Origin: Camelus ferus | Taxonomy: Eukaryota | Assembly: GCF_009834535.1 (NCBI RefSeq) | Contig: NC_045696.1 | Coordinates: 35,776,001 to 35,840,000 of the forward strand | Direction of reading: 5' to 3' | DNA: 64,000 nucleotides | Shown here: positions 13,670 through 25,500 of the stretch, piece after piece | Numbering within the stretch: position 1 is the first letter of the stretch | How the letters are laid out: the number at the start of each line of letters is the position of its first letter | Made by a program: the position numbers and the translations under genes | Notes under the pieces: model-generated | Seen by the model: only the letters and a program-made list of their open reading frames with translations | Databases searched by the model: none | What the model was told of the DNA's origin: nothing

Positions 13670-14130
13670 ATGTTGTATTTTCAGATGCTTTTCAGATCCA
13701 TGCTAACTCTTCTGCACCCAGCTCTGCAACCAGAGAGAATGACCCACATATACCATTGCAAAAAGTCCCTTGACCTTGGACTTTTACTTGGATTCTGTCA
13801 ATAGATGGCACTGGCGGAGGACTTGATGAAGGGCAGAGAGGGCTATCAGTGTGCCTATTACTCCAGTTCCTTCTATATCATGTTGCTGTGGCCTGGCTTC
13901 ATCTCTTGATTAATTTTAACAGTTCCATTTGGGCAACACTCTCCCACTCTCACTCTAGTCTATAAATATCTCATCCTCTTGTGCCTCCATTAGTAGAAGT
14001 GAATAGCCTTTCACTAACCCAGGCTACCATACATTGTGGTTTTCCTACATCATAACCATCCCTTTTATTATACTCTTCAAATTTTCCAGTATAAGCATGC
14101 CACCTATTACCCATAGGGGCACTCACTACT
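13670..14130. mobile_element. LTR33-like ERVL solo LTR
   Basis: 'gcacccagctctg...tcccttgaccttggactttt...ggattctgtcaatagatggcactggcggagg' resembles the recalled LTR33 consensus. Confidence 0.6.
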
Positions 14131-14289
14131 TTACCTCCAGTATCAGAATTTAAATCAACAAACAATGTTGCATATTATTTACTTTAAAAATACTTTTTAT
14201 TAAATTTGAAATATATAATTACTCAACATGCTTAAACTACATCCCCAATAAATGACATCTAAATTAAAAAAAAAATATTTCCTTGGACT

Positions 14290-14580
14290 TATCATCAGTG
14301 TAGCACTGGCTATAGTAGAGTGGTTTAACACAATAGAAGATTCATTCTTCTCAGATGAAAACTGATGGGAGAGAGGGAAACCTCTTCTGGGCAGTGACTT
14401 CAGTATCTATGTGGCTCCCACATTAAAGACAGAGAGAGATGGAAGACTTACATAGTCCCATAAAAGCTTTGGCCCAGAAGTGACAACACAAATTTTGTCA
14501 ACAGCCATTTGTCAGAAATTAAAACACAAACCCAACCCAATGCAAGAGAATTTGGTAATATGGAAAAAACACATAGAAAA
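14290..14580 (-). mobile_element. Old MLT1 (J/K/L-type) MaLR LTR fragment
   Basis: 'gtggtttaacacaatagaag...ttggcccagaagtgaca...ccatttgtcagaa...tgcaagag' are reverse MLT1 motifs. Confidence 0.6.
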
Positions 14581-14694
14581 AGAGATTATTTTCATTTACC
14601 ATGGAAAGGGTGAAGTATGAGAAGAAAAATGTCATTGGAAAAAGATCACATGTCTAAAAGCCTCTTCATTTGCTTTTCTAATATATAAAGTCAA

Positions 14695-14827
14695 TTTTTT
14701 CTTTGTTGTTTTCAACATATAACTGCTTTTTTGAGATGTAATTCACATGTCATAAAATTCACCCATTTAAAATACACAATTCAATGGTTCTTAGCATGTT
14801 CATAGAGCTAGGCAAGTATCACCACTG
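14695..14827 (-). mobile_element. L1MB-type extreme 3' end with degraded poly(A) tail
   Basis: 'gcttttttgagatgtaattcacatgtcataaaattcacccatttaaaatacacaattcaatggttcttagcatgttcatagagc...atcaccact' matches the reverse L1MB terminus. A T-rich tail remnant lies at ~14695-14712. Confidence 0.85.
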
Positions 14828-16150
14828 TTTTGTTGGGGAATGAGTCCACGAAATTCCCCATGTAGCCATTCTAGAAGCGTCTAAGGGTTGTTCACAATTC
14901 TTTTAACTCCAATCAATTTTGGAAGAACTTGCATTTCTGATTAGTCAGATCAAAATCTCTCAGGTACTTCATTATTACTTAAAACCTAGGAGTTCATGCA
15001 GTGCAGGGAGCCATTCTTATTGTCAAGTTCAAATGGAGAAACTAACTCTGCTAAATTCCTGGTTACTATGGACAGAAATGTGTCCCTTTCAAAATCTGTA
15101 TGTTGAAGCACTAACCTCTAATATGATGGTATTTGAAGATGGGGCCTTTGGGGGATAAGTAGGTTTAGATGAGGTCACGAAGGGGGGGCCTCTCATGATG
15201 GAATTAGTGCCCTTGTCAGAAGGGACACCAGAGAGCTGGTGGTGTCTCTCTCTCTGTCATGTGAGGACACAACCAGAAGGTGGCCATCTATAAGCAGGTG
15301 GCTATCTGCAAGTCAGGAAGAGAGCTCTCACCTGAACCCAATCATGCAGGCACCCTGTTCTTAGACTTCCAGACACCAGAACTGTGAGCAAATCAATGTT
15401 TATTGTTGAAGTCAACCCATCGATGATATTTTGTTATGGCAGCCCAAGCTGAGTAGACACTGGTACTTTGGCTTTTGGTCTTAACACAGGATATTGCTAT
15501 CAGACACTATTCCCACATACTCCAATAAATATCTGTTCATAGCAAGGGTTCTATGGTGAACCAGATCCCAATACCAATTGTGGTTCAGGATTTCAATGTT
15601 ATAGCTCATCCTATTCACCCTCAAATGCCTAGTTCATACTCCCATACCCGTGTGATGGACTCTAGGAAACACTGCTGCAAGCTGACGCCATATATTTTCT
15701 GAACCAGACCTTCCATTAAAAACATCCAGCCTTGATGGTGAGCCTAGATTAGCAAGGATGACGTCGTCTTCTTCATGGCAAGTTTTTTGGATGTCTTTGA
15801 AAAATTTCTTTCCAGTCAATATCAGTTGGGTCAATGACATTCCACCAGACAAGTTTTAATAATATTAAATTTCAAAAGAAAATGGTTATGGTCTCAATCT
15901 CTTTCCTTTTCAAAGGTTTATTTGTTCCAATTCAAATAAATCCACCTTCTAACTACTGATCAGCTCTGCATTCCAAGTAGCTTTGGGAGACATTCAAGGC
16001 CACAGATGTCTTGCTTCACAATTCTCTAGCCAGGACGGCTGCTTCTTTGGCTTATATTTACAAATGTAAATACGTAGGGGCCATTCCTGTGACTCTTCCT
16101 TGAACAAACAAGTTCTCTTCTAAGGTGATATGCTCTATTCACCAATAAAG
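14828..16150 (-). pseudogene. EBLL: Candidate endogenous bornavirus-like L-polymerase element (EBLL), degraded, C-terminal part of L, interrupted by an MLT1A LTR
   Basis: ORF 15852-15634 reads LSGGMSLTQLILTGKKFFKDIQKTCHEEDDVILANLGSPSRLDVFNGRSGSENIWRQL, versus recalled BoDV-1 L [59 protein letters not shown]. Further collinear matches: LECLPK/NAELISS (~16000-15955) to LACEPQYRGAEWLIS; NLAELVSPF (15057-15031) to DLVAKLVLLPF; PKLIGVK (14922-14902) to AKSVGVK; WGISWTHS (14860-14837) to YSLSWSKS. Many stops and frameshifts. The 5' boundary is uncertain and the alignment is from memory. Confidence 0.75.
15064..15459 (+). mobile_element. MLT1A-type MaLR solo LTR
   Basis: Begins tactatggacagaaatgtgtccc...tatgttgaagcactaacc and ends ...ttgttatggcagcccaagctgagtagaca. 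Perfect 5-bp TSD CTGGT at 15059-15063 and 15460-15464. Confidence 0.95.
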
Positions 16151-17049
16151 AGAGCTAACAGTTCCATCTTACAGAACTTTAAAGGCTTTTAAAATTTTTC
16201 TGAGAAATCCCATTACACGTTTAAGGACATTTTAATTGTAAGATTAGCAAACCTAAAAACTGACATATCACTGAATTCATTCTTAAAATATAATGCACTC
16301 ATATTTCCACTACATTTTATTTATTAGCTCCATCAGTTCTGCAAAATGAGCAGTTCTTGCCCTCATGGGTACACATGTATTTTACAAGGACACCGGTGAT
16401 ATATTTTGCTATACAAATCACAAGATATAGTTTACACACAGAGCTCAGGTTTTTATACATTTCTCCCCAAAGGCTATTCATATTTGATAAATCACTGATT
16501 GAAATCTGAGGCAATTAAGTTGTGATGACCTTGGCATACTAGTGGATGTATTTTCCATTAAGACAATGTCAGTCTTATATTACACTCTGCCTGAGTTAAA
16601 AAAAAAAAAAAAAAAAGCCAAGTTAGGCCCACATCACATTTAATTTCCTATCCCTCAAATACACACAGTATTTTAATTCACACTGATCAAATCTACCTGG
16701 CAGCCTCTTGCTTTATCAGGCCAAGTTGAATGCCTTGCTTAGAATGTCCACTTTTTAATTGAAGTAAAAGCTATTAATCTCCCAAAAAGCAAAATAAGTG
16801 TCTAACATTGCATTTTTATCTCTCACATTCTCATATTGAGATCATGAATAGAAAATTCTTCTATATTCTACATTGTTGTAATACAGTATGCAAACTTTTT
16901 TTGATTACAAAATATTCTAACAGTATCTAAGTTTACAGAGCAAAATATGTCCATTGACTTTCACGTTTTATCCCCACTCTCTCTTTTCTCCTCGGGGTAA
17001 CCTTTCTTATCGGCTCTTAAGTTTTTCAACAGATCCTTCCCTTCATTTC

Positions 17050-17254
17050 TGTACACAATTTACGGGATAGTGAATGGGGCTTTTTCTGTTACCTTTTATC
17101 TAGGGTAATCTTAGACATAGCACAGAGTATTTAATCCTGACAATCTGGGCTTCCTGGAAACTCTGTGACCCAGCTAATGCCTTTTAATAAATTCTCTTCC
17201 TGCTTATGAATTCAGGATACATTCTGTATTGGTAAGAAAAACCCCAAATGACAC
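17050..17254 (+). mobile_element. ERVL-type LTR 3' fragment
   Basis: 'ttaataaattctcttcctgctta...attctgtattgg...aaatgacaca' resembles an LTR R/U5 end with a poly(A) signal. Confidence 0.5.
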
Positions 17255-18700
17255 AGGTTTTTCTTGACTCTTTTCCTCAGAAGATGGTCTGGATAATAAG
17301 TCCCTAAATTTCTGATTGTCATTAAATAAATTTGCCAAAAGATAATTTAACTGAGTGTAGTGCTTTTACATTGCTGTCCTTTCAGCTCAGCCTCGTGTAG
17401 GTGCTATTCCAGTTTCTTCAACATTAGGGTTACGGATAAGTTTATGATAACGTAATTCCCTTCCTTTGTAGGAACCTTGTTCTTTCTGCCTTTAATTGTC
17501 CATGAAGCTTTTTTCTTGATTGTTAGAGTTCAGAGGTTTTACCAGGAAATGCAAAGATTTGTGCACCACATCTCATCAGGGTTATCTTTAATTCAGGGAT
17601 CTTTTTCTATGGGAAGTCTTTCGTTCTTCAGGAAAAAAAATTCTTCCAATTGCTAAATTCTTGTCTTTCCATCATCAATTTATATTTCATTTTATAAAAT
17701 GTCTGTTTTCCATGCAATTCCACATGACCATATTTCCCAATCTCTGACCTTTTCCCTCATGATCTTGTACTTTTGCTCTTTGTTCTGATTTCTTGCATTT
17801 CATCTTCCAAACACTACTTTGGGTTTGAATATTTACTGTCCTTTCCTTTAATAGAACTACTGGTTTGTTGTTGTTAGGAGGGTAATTTTTTTTGTTTTGT
17901 TTTGTTTTGAGCTCCAGAAGTCTTTTTGGGGGCTTCACCTCAATTTCCTTAAGAACTCATTTATACTTTTCTCATTCATACTTTTGTCTCCTCCTCCACC
18001 TCTATTTGGCTGAACATGTGTGTGTCTGTTCTAACTGAGCTTTCTCTTTGGCTGCTGGCCCCTTCAGACGAGATGTCAATTTTCCTTGTCATGTCACTAT
18101 AGCTAGTTGTGGGTACTCCAACAAGTGTTTGCCATGTTAGAAGTGGTGGATGTGGGTGATGATGTAGAAACAGGCAGGTTGCTGCACCACTGATAAGGGG
18201 CCTGGAGGAAGCTCATTGGTTGGATCTCTACAGGTTCAGGATGAGGGAGGATTTGCTTTATGCCTTCAGTTCCTACTCAGCCACTGGGAGACAAAGGGAC
18301 CCAGCACGTTAACAAGGAACAAATCTTGACTTTGCCTCCAAGCGTCCCTAGGTCTCTACAGAGATCCCTGGACCTCCCTGGGACTTCCATTCAGGCTGCC
18401 CAGCTCTTGGGGGAGAAAAGTCCTAGTCTCACTTGCTTCCTGCTGTCTAGAGAGGAAAACTCATTTTGTTTGGGCCTGAAGTGAAAGGATCTTCCCACAG
18501 GAAATTTAGAAGTTCCCCAGAATTCTCTGTACATCAGCTTAATAATCAATGTTATGTATTTATTTTCTTTTTGGTATTTTAATTCTGTTTTTCTTCTTTG
18601 CCTGGTTGACCTTAGATAAAGTGTAAAGTAAATGTGAAATAATCCAAAGAATGGATTCAGCACCTGTTTTAACCCAGAACTCTCAGCCATTCGTGCCATC
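17255..18700 (-). mobile_element. Old L1/HAL1 ORF1 and 5' region, degraded
   Basis: T-rich plus strand with reverse-L1 ORF1-like motifs ('aaagataatttaactgagtgtag', 'ttcttcaggaaaa...ttcttcc') and an L1ME-like 5' end ('tcagccattcgtgccatc'). Confidence 0.55.
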
Positions 18701-21517
18701 TGTCTCTATATTTTTATGCCTGCTCTCCCAGAACTCCAACTTTCATACCTATAACATTTTTTTTTCTCAACTGACAGACATGTCAATGGGGAATCCATGT
18801 TGAGCAAGGAGAGCTGTGTAGTAGCTGTCAAATCAAACCACATGGGACCCATGTCCACACTGGCCTCACTCTCAGCATCTAGCCTTTGAACGTTTTGTTT
18901 CTAGATTGCCAAGTCTTGATTTCCACTTTCACCACTCATCAGTTGAGGTTATACCATTGTAATATTTTATATAACTATAAAACAGGTACTCTCCAAATAA
19001 CCTGAAGAATATCCTTTTGATTTGCTGGGCAACGGTTACTTGGGATCAGTTCTGAACATGACAATAAGGAACAAATCAGTTCAAGATGTGTCTTTCTTGC
19101 CTTATTTTCCTTGTTCGTAGCTGATAATGCACTCCTTTGTTAATAAAAGATAATTTAAAAGCAGACCACATCTTACTCAGCACTCAACAGCCTCCCTGAC
19201 TTTATGGGTCTCTCTCTAAATTGGATTTTTAAAACCGCAATGTTGTTAAAGATTTTATTAAATTTAATCTGAATCAATCAGGATTAATCAAATCATACCA
19301 CACTGAGAAGCTTATGGACTTGCTAGAAAATGGTATTTTAGCAGCATTTAAAAATATCCATAAATATATTAAAAACTGCATTCTAATATTGTTGGTTTTT
19401 ACATTGAAGGCTCTAATCAATCTGGAATTTATTTTTGTAGTTTTATGACTAGTTTGATGGAGAAATCTAATTTCATTTTTTCCATATAGTAATACAATTA
19501 ATTTCTCATGATTTATTTTTTAAAAACCATTCCTTTTCTACTGATGCTTATAACATTTTGAAAGCATGGTTTTATATTTAGAACTATTTTCATGTCAATT
19601 CTTGTTAATTGTTTTCTAACATGTTGGCTTTGTAAGGTAAATGTTAAACTCAAAGAATTTTAAATCTAATGGTGACTTCTAGATATTAAAACTAATGAGA
19701 AACATCATCCAAATCAAAAAGAGATCATCATGTTTTGGACAAAGATATTGTTATCAAAATAATTATATTCACTTTAAGCCAAATGGAAAATTTTCTTCCA
19801 GGTATGTTTAAGAGTTTGACAATGATTTTATGCTTTGACTAGCCTCATGGAGTTTCTGTCTGACATAACTGAGTTTCACTAAATAAAAATACCATGATCT
19901 GAGAGGTGGAAGGAAGAGATAGTGATGTGATATACACAGATATTTTTAAAACAGAAGGAATTGAACTCTGTAATGTGATATTTGCTTTTGCGTTTAAAGC
20001 AAAAGATTTATTTTTTACTCAGATCAGAAAAGCTGTCAATCCCAATTCTGAACTTATCATCTGCTGTGTTTTATTTTTAATTTTAAATACTGTTCTAGAA
20101 TCACTTTTTAGACAACGTACTGCCTGGTGCTAATTACAGCAAGGTATTGGTAAAAGCAGTCACATCTAATTATACAGACTGCAAGTGAAGAAAAACTATT
20201 TTGAGGTTTATGTCTTTGCATTAATTAATAAATAATTTATTAAGTTCTATAGACACTGGTAATAAGAGAAACCTTTTAATGCCTCTGACAAATTAAAGCA
20301 TATATTGAAGAATGGTAGGCAACTCTAAATCCAAATCAAGAATTTGCAAACTTCCACTAAGAATCTTCACTTATAAACTAGTGGAAGAAAAATAACCAGA
20401 TCTTACTAAGTTTTAAATGAATGAAATGATGCAATTTTCTTTACAGTAGAAGTGAGAATGTACTTGATATTTTGCCTCGGATAGTAGAATATATTTATTC
20501 CTTCGATATACAAGTATAACTTAAATTTGAACTTCTTATATTTTATTTCCCTTTAGTTTTGGGTCCTCAAGATAAATGGAGATGGAACAGCTGCTTCATC
20601 CCTGTTGTAGCAGGTAATATTAAGTGCCTACCAGGAATTTGGCCATCTATGATTACACTGGCAAATATATATTTCTCCAAGGAACCAGTCAATTGAGACC
20701 ATATTTCAAATACATATGAATTTTAATAATCTCAGGTTTAAACTGAATTAACCAACTAGGTGAAGACAGGTCCAGCCATTAACTACAATTGTCTAGAGTT
20801 CCCATCTGCCAGGTGGTTTAGACAAAATCTCAAATAAAGAAAGAAATACATATCAAAAAGTTCCATTTGAAGTCTAACTGTCCCCTTGCCACATCTGTGA
20901 ATACAAATGTATTATTTTTAAAATGCATTGTGTGATAAATCTCAAAGCCCTAAGCTTTCACTTGCATGATTCACCAAAGGAAAAACAAGTCAGTCTTTTT
21001 CTAGTATCTCTATCAATTATCTAGCTATCTGGAGAGGCATGTATTTGTAGGTAGGTGAGGGTTGTTTGGTTACCATTTGATATTTTGTGATGCTTGCAAC
21101 ATTCTAAATCCTTAGCCCTAGTGTCATTTTATTCGTTTATTTAACAATAATTGACTGAGCATCTACTATGAGCAGGATATGATTCTAGATACTGGACATA
21201 ATTAATAAACAAGATTATGAAGGTCCCTGACCTCCTGGAGGCAGCTTTCTTGGATCACAGCCTGCACTGTTTTTCTGAGCCATTGATACTGTTGGTCTTG
21301 TGCCTCCACTGCTCCTCAAGCAGCTGAGCCCCTGCTCCGTGCTTCCCGCCAGCTGCCCCTCTGTAGCTGTACACCTCTTCTGGACAGTTCACCTAGGTGC
21401 TCTTTCTCTACTGAGGTCAACAGAAGACTTCTTTTGCCTCGTGGGACAAGCTCTTTCAAAAGGATTTAATACAGCAGAGCTTTTGCCCTTTTTATGAGTT
21501 GGTTCTTTCATTTATGC

Positions 21518-21670
21518 CAGTGGTTCTTAACTTTGGCTGTGGGCCAGAATTACTTAGTGAAATGTTTAAAAGATACAGATTTTCTGGTTCACTTCATGTT
21601 TACTGAATTAGAGGAACAGCAAAACCCAACAATCTATATTCTTAAAAGACCCCTCAGATAATTCTGAGGG
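21518..21670. mobile_element. MER5-type DNA transposon relic
   Basis: 'cagtggttcttaactttggctgtgggccagaattacttag...tttaaaagatacagat...cccctcagataattctga'. Confidence 0.7.
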
Positions 21671-22249
21671 AAGGTGAAGCACAGACATATTTCAACTGGT
21701 CCGATGGACTCCTTCAACTCTGAACCCTGCTAATCAGTTTCACTCACTCTAGCAAATTCAATTCATGTGTTTGGTTTTGGTTTGTTTGTTTGTTTCAAGA
21801 CCCTGATTTTCTCTTCTGTCTTTCTGACTCCACGTAAGAATTCTCAGTCCATCAAGAGTTTGAATATGCCCAAACCCTAATTGTGGATAAGTTCAAGTTC
21901 ATTCTCATAGGGCTCTATAAAATTCAAAGTTGTGGTTTACATTTTTATGTCCTTGGGCTGAGATCAACATTCCACAATAGTCACAAGATTCTTTCAATAT
22001 TTACTAAAAATACAACAGCTGATGTGCATGGAGAACAGAGAGACCCCAGAGGGTGATGATGTCTAAAATCCCGGAAACAAAATGTCATCTTCAACACAGC
22101 CAAATTACAGTTACTCATAAAATTTCTGTGGGAAAGAACATTATTAGAGATAAAGATGAACATTAGAACATTAATTTAACAAAAATGTGTTTAGGCTTGG
22201 CCAACCTCTGCTTCTGGAAATATGAAGTTATCTCTGCAGAAGAGGAAAG

Positions 22250-22510
22250 GAAGATAGTGGTCGAGAGCACATGCTGATGCAGAGCCATTTGGATTCAAGT
22301 CCTGGCAATGATACGGTCTGTCAGGGTGGTCAGGATACAAGCTTACCCTCTAAGGTCTAGTATCCCCTCGCTGGAGCAGAAATGTGAGCAGCACCTACAT
22401 TATAGGGATACCCTGAGTATTAGTTAAGACAATGCACATTAAGCACTTAATATAGTACTGAGCACATATGAGAAACTAATGACTGTTACTGATATTATTA
22501 CTGATATTGT
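22250..22510 (+). mobile_element. MIR SINE
   Basis: 'tagtggtcgagagcac...tggattcaagtcctggc...aagcacttaatatagtactgagcacata'. Confidence 0.75.
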
Positions 22511-25500
22511 TATCATCATCATGAATAAATTTATGAAGTTGGGAGTCTTAGGTAGGACTTCTCCCTGGTCAAGTTCTGTAGCCAAAGTTTTCTGGCATGT
22601 ATTGATAAGCATCTTTCAATGGTCATTGTGCAAGAGTTATCATAAAATATTTTCTTTCTTTCTTTCTTTCTTTTTTGAAAACAGCAAGGAGCACTTTCTC
22701 ACTGTCTCTCAGACCGTAATGAAAAGACCTAGTCCTTTCTAAAGTAAAAAGTCATCATCCTTTTCAGCTTAAATATCAATCATGTTTATATTCACAAAAA
22801 AAAAGGTGTGATAAAACTTTACTTGACAAGCTATTTCTAGTTCAGTTGGAAGATCTCAAGAGTTCCTGGATTTTTTGGGGATTCAGGCAGATAAAAATTT
22901 TTGACAAGTTCTGTTATCAAGTTACTTTCTAAGTAAACCTTTTATAAATCAATATAAGAGATAATTTTAAATTAAAAAATCATGTAAATTTCTGCTATGA
23001 AAACATAGTAATAAGTACAAAATGTTTGAGGATTCTTTAAAATTTAAATTGAGAATAAGTTAATAGAAAAAGGAAAAGATTATATATATGTAATGATCTG
23101 ACTTAATTTATGAGGATCATAAGGGAATTAGCTTATTTGACCCCTACCTATACCTAATTCTAAAACAATTTTTCAAGTTATTATGGGTTCATTGTGCAAT
23201 ATCTAAGAGTTTTCTTTATAAAACATGGGCACTGGGCTGAAGTAACATGTAATTTAAGTTAATGGAATGTAGTATACTTACCTTCTTTCTTCTCACCTTG
23301 AATCAATTTTTTCCTAAGAAAAAGCTTGCGATAAAATTCCAAATATATTTGCCACAGGTGGCTATTTGCTACATTCAGAAAGTCACGAAAAATTATGTTG
23401 ACATCACAAAGAAAAAGAATAATATTATAAAAGTATAGGGGACATGATTAAAACTTGAAAATTTAGTTATTTTTAAATAAAACTATTTTAATTTCATACT
23501 GTAACATACAATGTTGGTTTCCAAAGGAAAATTTACTTCCAAAGTATATACTGACCATTTCTAAAATGAGTATAATTATAAAGTCTTAGACTCCCTCCCA
23601 GTTGTAGCTCCAGAATTTCTATGTAGGAAAATCCCAGGTCTTGGTCATCTATTTGGAAAAGAAGACAAAGACATGTCTTGATAGGGTGATGATACCACAA
23701 ACCTGTCCTTGTGACATAGAGCTTTTCTTGTCTGGATGGCTTGGGCAAACAAATGGTTATGTGGTTAGGATGGAAGAGGTGGCAGTGAGGGAACATCTCT
23801 CTTTGTGTCTCCATGGCTCCCTTCTCTCATCAACTATTACAATAAAATTGGTCACAGTTATTTCAACTGTAAAAGTAGGGGAAGAATTAAGACACTATCA
23901 TCTCTCACATCTCACAAATTCCAAGCTCTGTACTCTCCAATAATTAAAACTTAAGATATCAAATGCAATCACACATGATAATAAAATGTATATATTATAA
24001 CTGATTCTAACAATCTGAGATTATCTTATATTGTACTTCTGTTTCTGTGCTAGAACTACTGCACATTTTCTGGGTAGCTATGGCCTCCAAATATATTTCA
24101 GTATGGGAAATAATAATTCTACTGTGGACACATAAAATAATTAAAATCTTTTTAGATAATGAAGCTATGTAGATTCAGCCTCAGGGGAATGGTGATAATG
24201 AAAAGGATAATATATTATGAGAATTACTATTCTATTGAATGACAAGGTCTATTTTTTTCCCTTTTTACACAGAGAAACCCACTAAAGAATAAGAAGGAAC
24301 CTGTCTTTAATTCTCTTCTATGTTTGCTCTGCAGTTTGAGGGGTTAATTTTCACCTGAGTCAAAAAACACGTATTAACAGAGAATTACACTTACATACTG
24401 GCGCTAAAACTCTTTCCCCAGATTTCTCTTTTCTGGAAGCTTAATCAAGGAGACACTGGTTCCATTTCTCTAACATCATAGCACAGGACTTTAGGGGTAT
24501 GAATAATTATCTTCATCCAGCATAAAGCTGAACTTCCTGGCTTAGAAAGCAAATATGGATCCTACTTACACCATTCTATGCCATGAACGTCTAGGTTACT
24601 TGGACATACTTACCACTTTCCTTTAGTTCCTATTGTGAAAATCTAGTTGGCTGCCTATCATATAATTTACCCCCAAAATAAAAGATTATATTACAAAGCA
24701 GACATATAACAAGAGAGAAAATTGGGATGAATGTATATGATTTTTCCTTCATCCATAAATATCCAAAGACAATATGAATAAATTTGAGAGAAAAAAATTA
24801 CTATTAAAAGGAAAACTGGCCTTATAGTCTCATCCTAATGGGATATGCAGAAGAAATATGAATCATGTTGCACCACAGCGAAGTTGGTAAAATGTTAGGC
24901 TGATCGATGTTTACGGAAAATGTATGTGCTTCCTCATAGGGAAATGCACGTACTAGCTTTCATGGCTTCCACAATATACTTGAATGATGTTTCCTTCGCT
25001 TGCTATATAATCATACAAAGTGGGCAAATATACAATGGTGATGGCTAAACTTGCTTCTTAGTTTCATTCAAAATATTCAGATGCTGTTTTGTGGGTTACT
25101 CTCTAGTGAATAACTAGGGCACAACTGACATTAGTGCGAAACTTTATCTCTGTTGCTGCCATGTTAAGGTGCAAACCTTTTTTGTTTACCTGTGCTAACC
25201 CAACTTACAAATAAAATGCACATTGTTCAAATGCCCCGACAGCCTACTTAACTATTTTTAGCTTATAGCCTATTTTGGACTTTTGACATAGTAGAATAAA
25301 GATGAAGAGATTGGTTCTGATACAGATCAGGTTCTCACTTAAAGTGAATTAAATTCTTTAATTAACTACATATTTTCTATAAGAAATTAAAACCAATGTT
25401 TGGAGATTTCCTGATTTTCTAACTGTTTGCTCTCCTCTTTTTAAAGTAGTCTTAAAAGCCAAAGTGAAGTTGAAGTTGGGGGAAGGGGAGAAACTTATGC

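Noticed and set aside
16317..16514. 65-aa minus-strand ORF as an upstream continuation of the EBLL
   Set aside because: No match to the expected upstream L motifs (GxxT, HR), and part of it resembles an L2-like end.
16598..16616. Poly(A) tract as the tail of a plus-strand processed pseudogene or of the EBLL
   Set aside because: It is on the wrong strand and end for the minus-strand EBLL. Plus-strand frames upstream gave no recognisable protein, and no TSD was seen.
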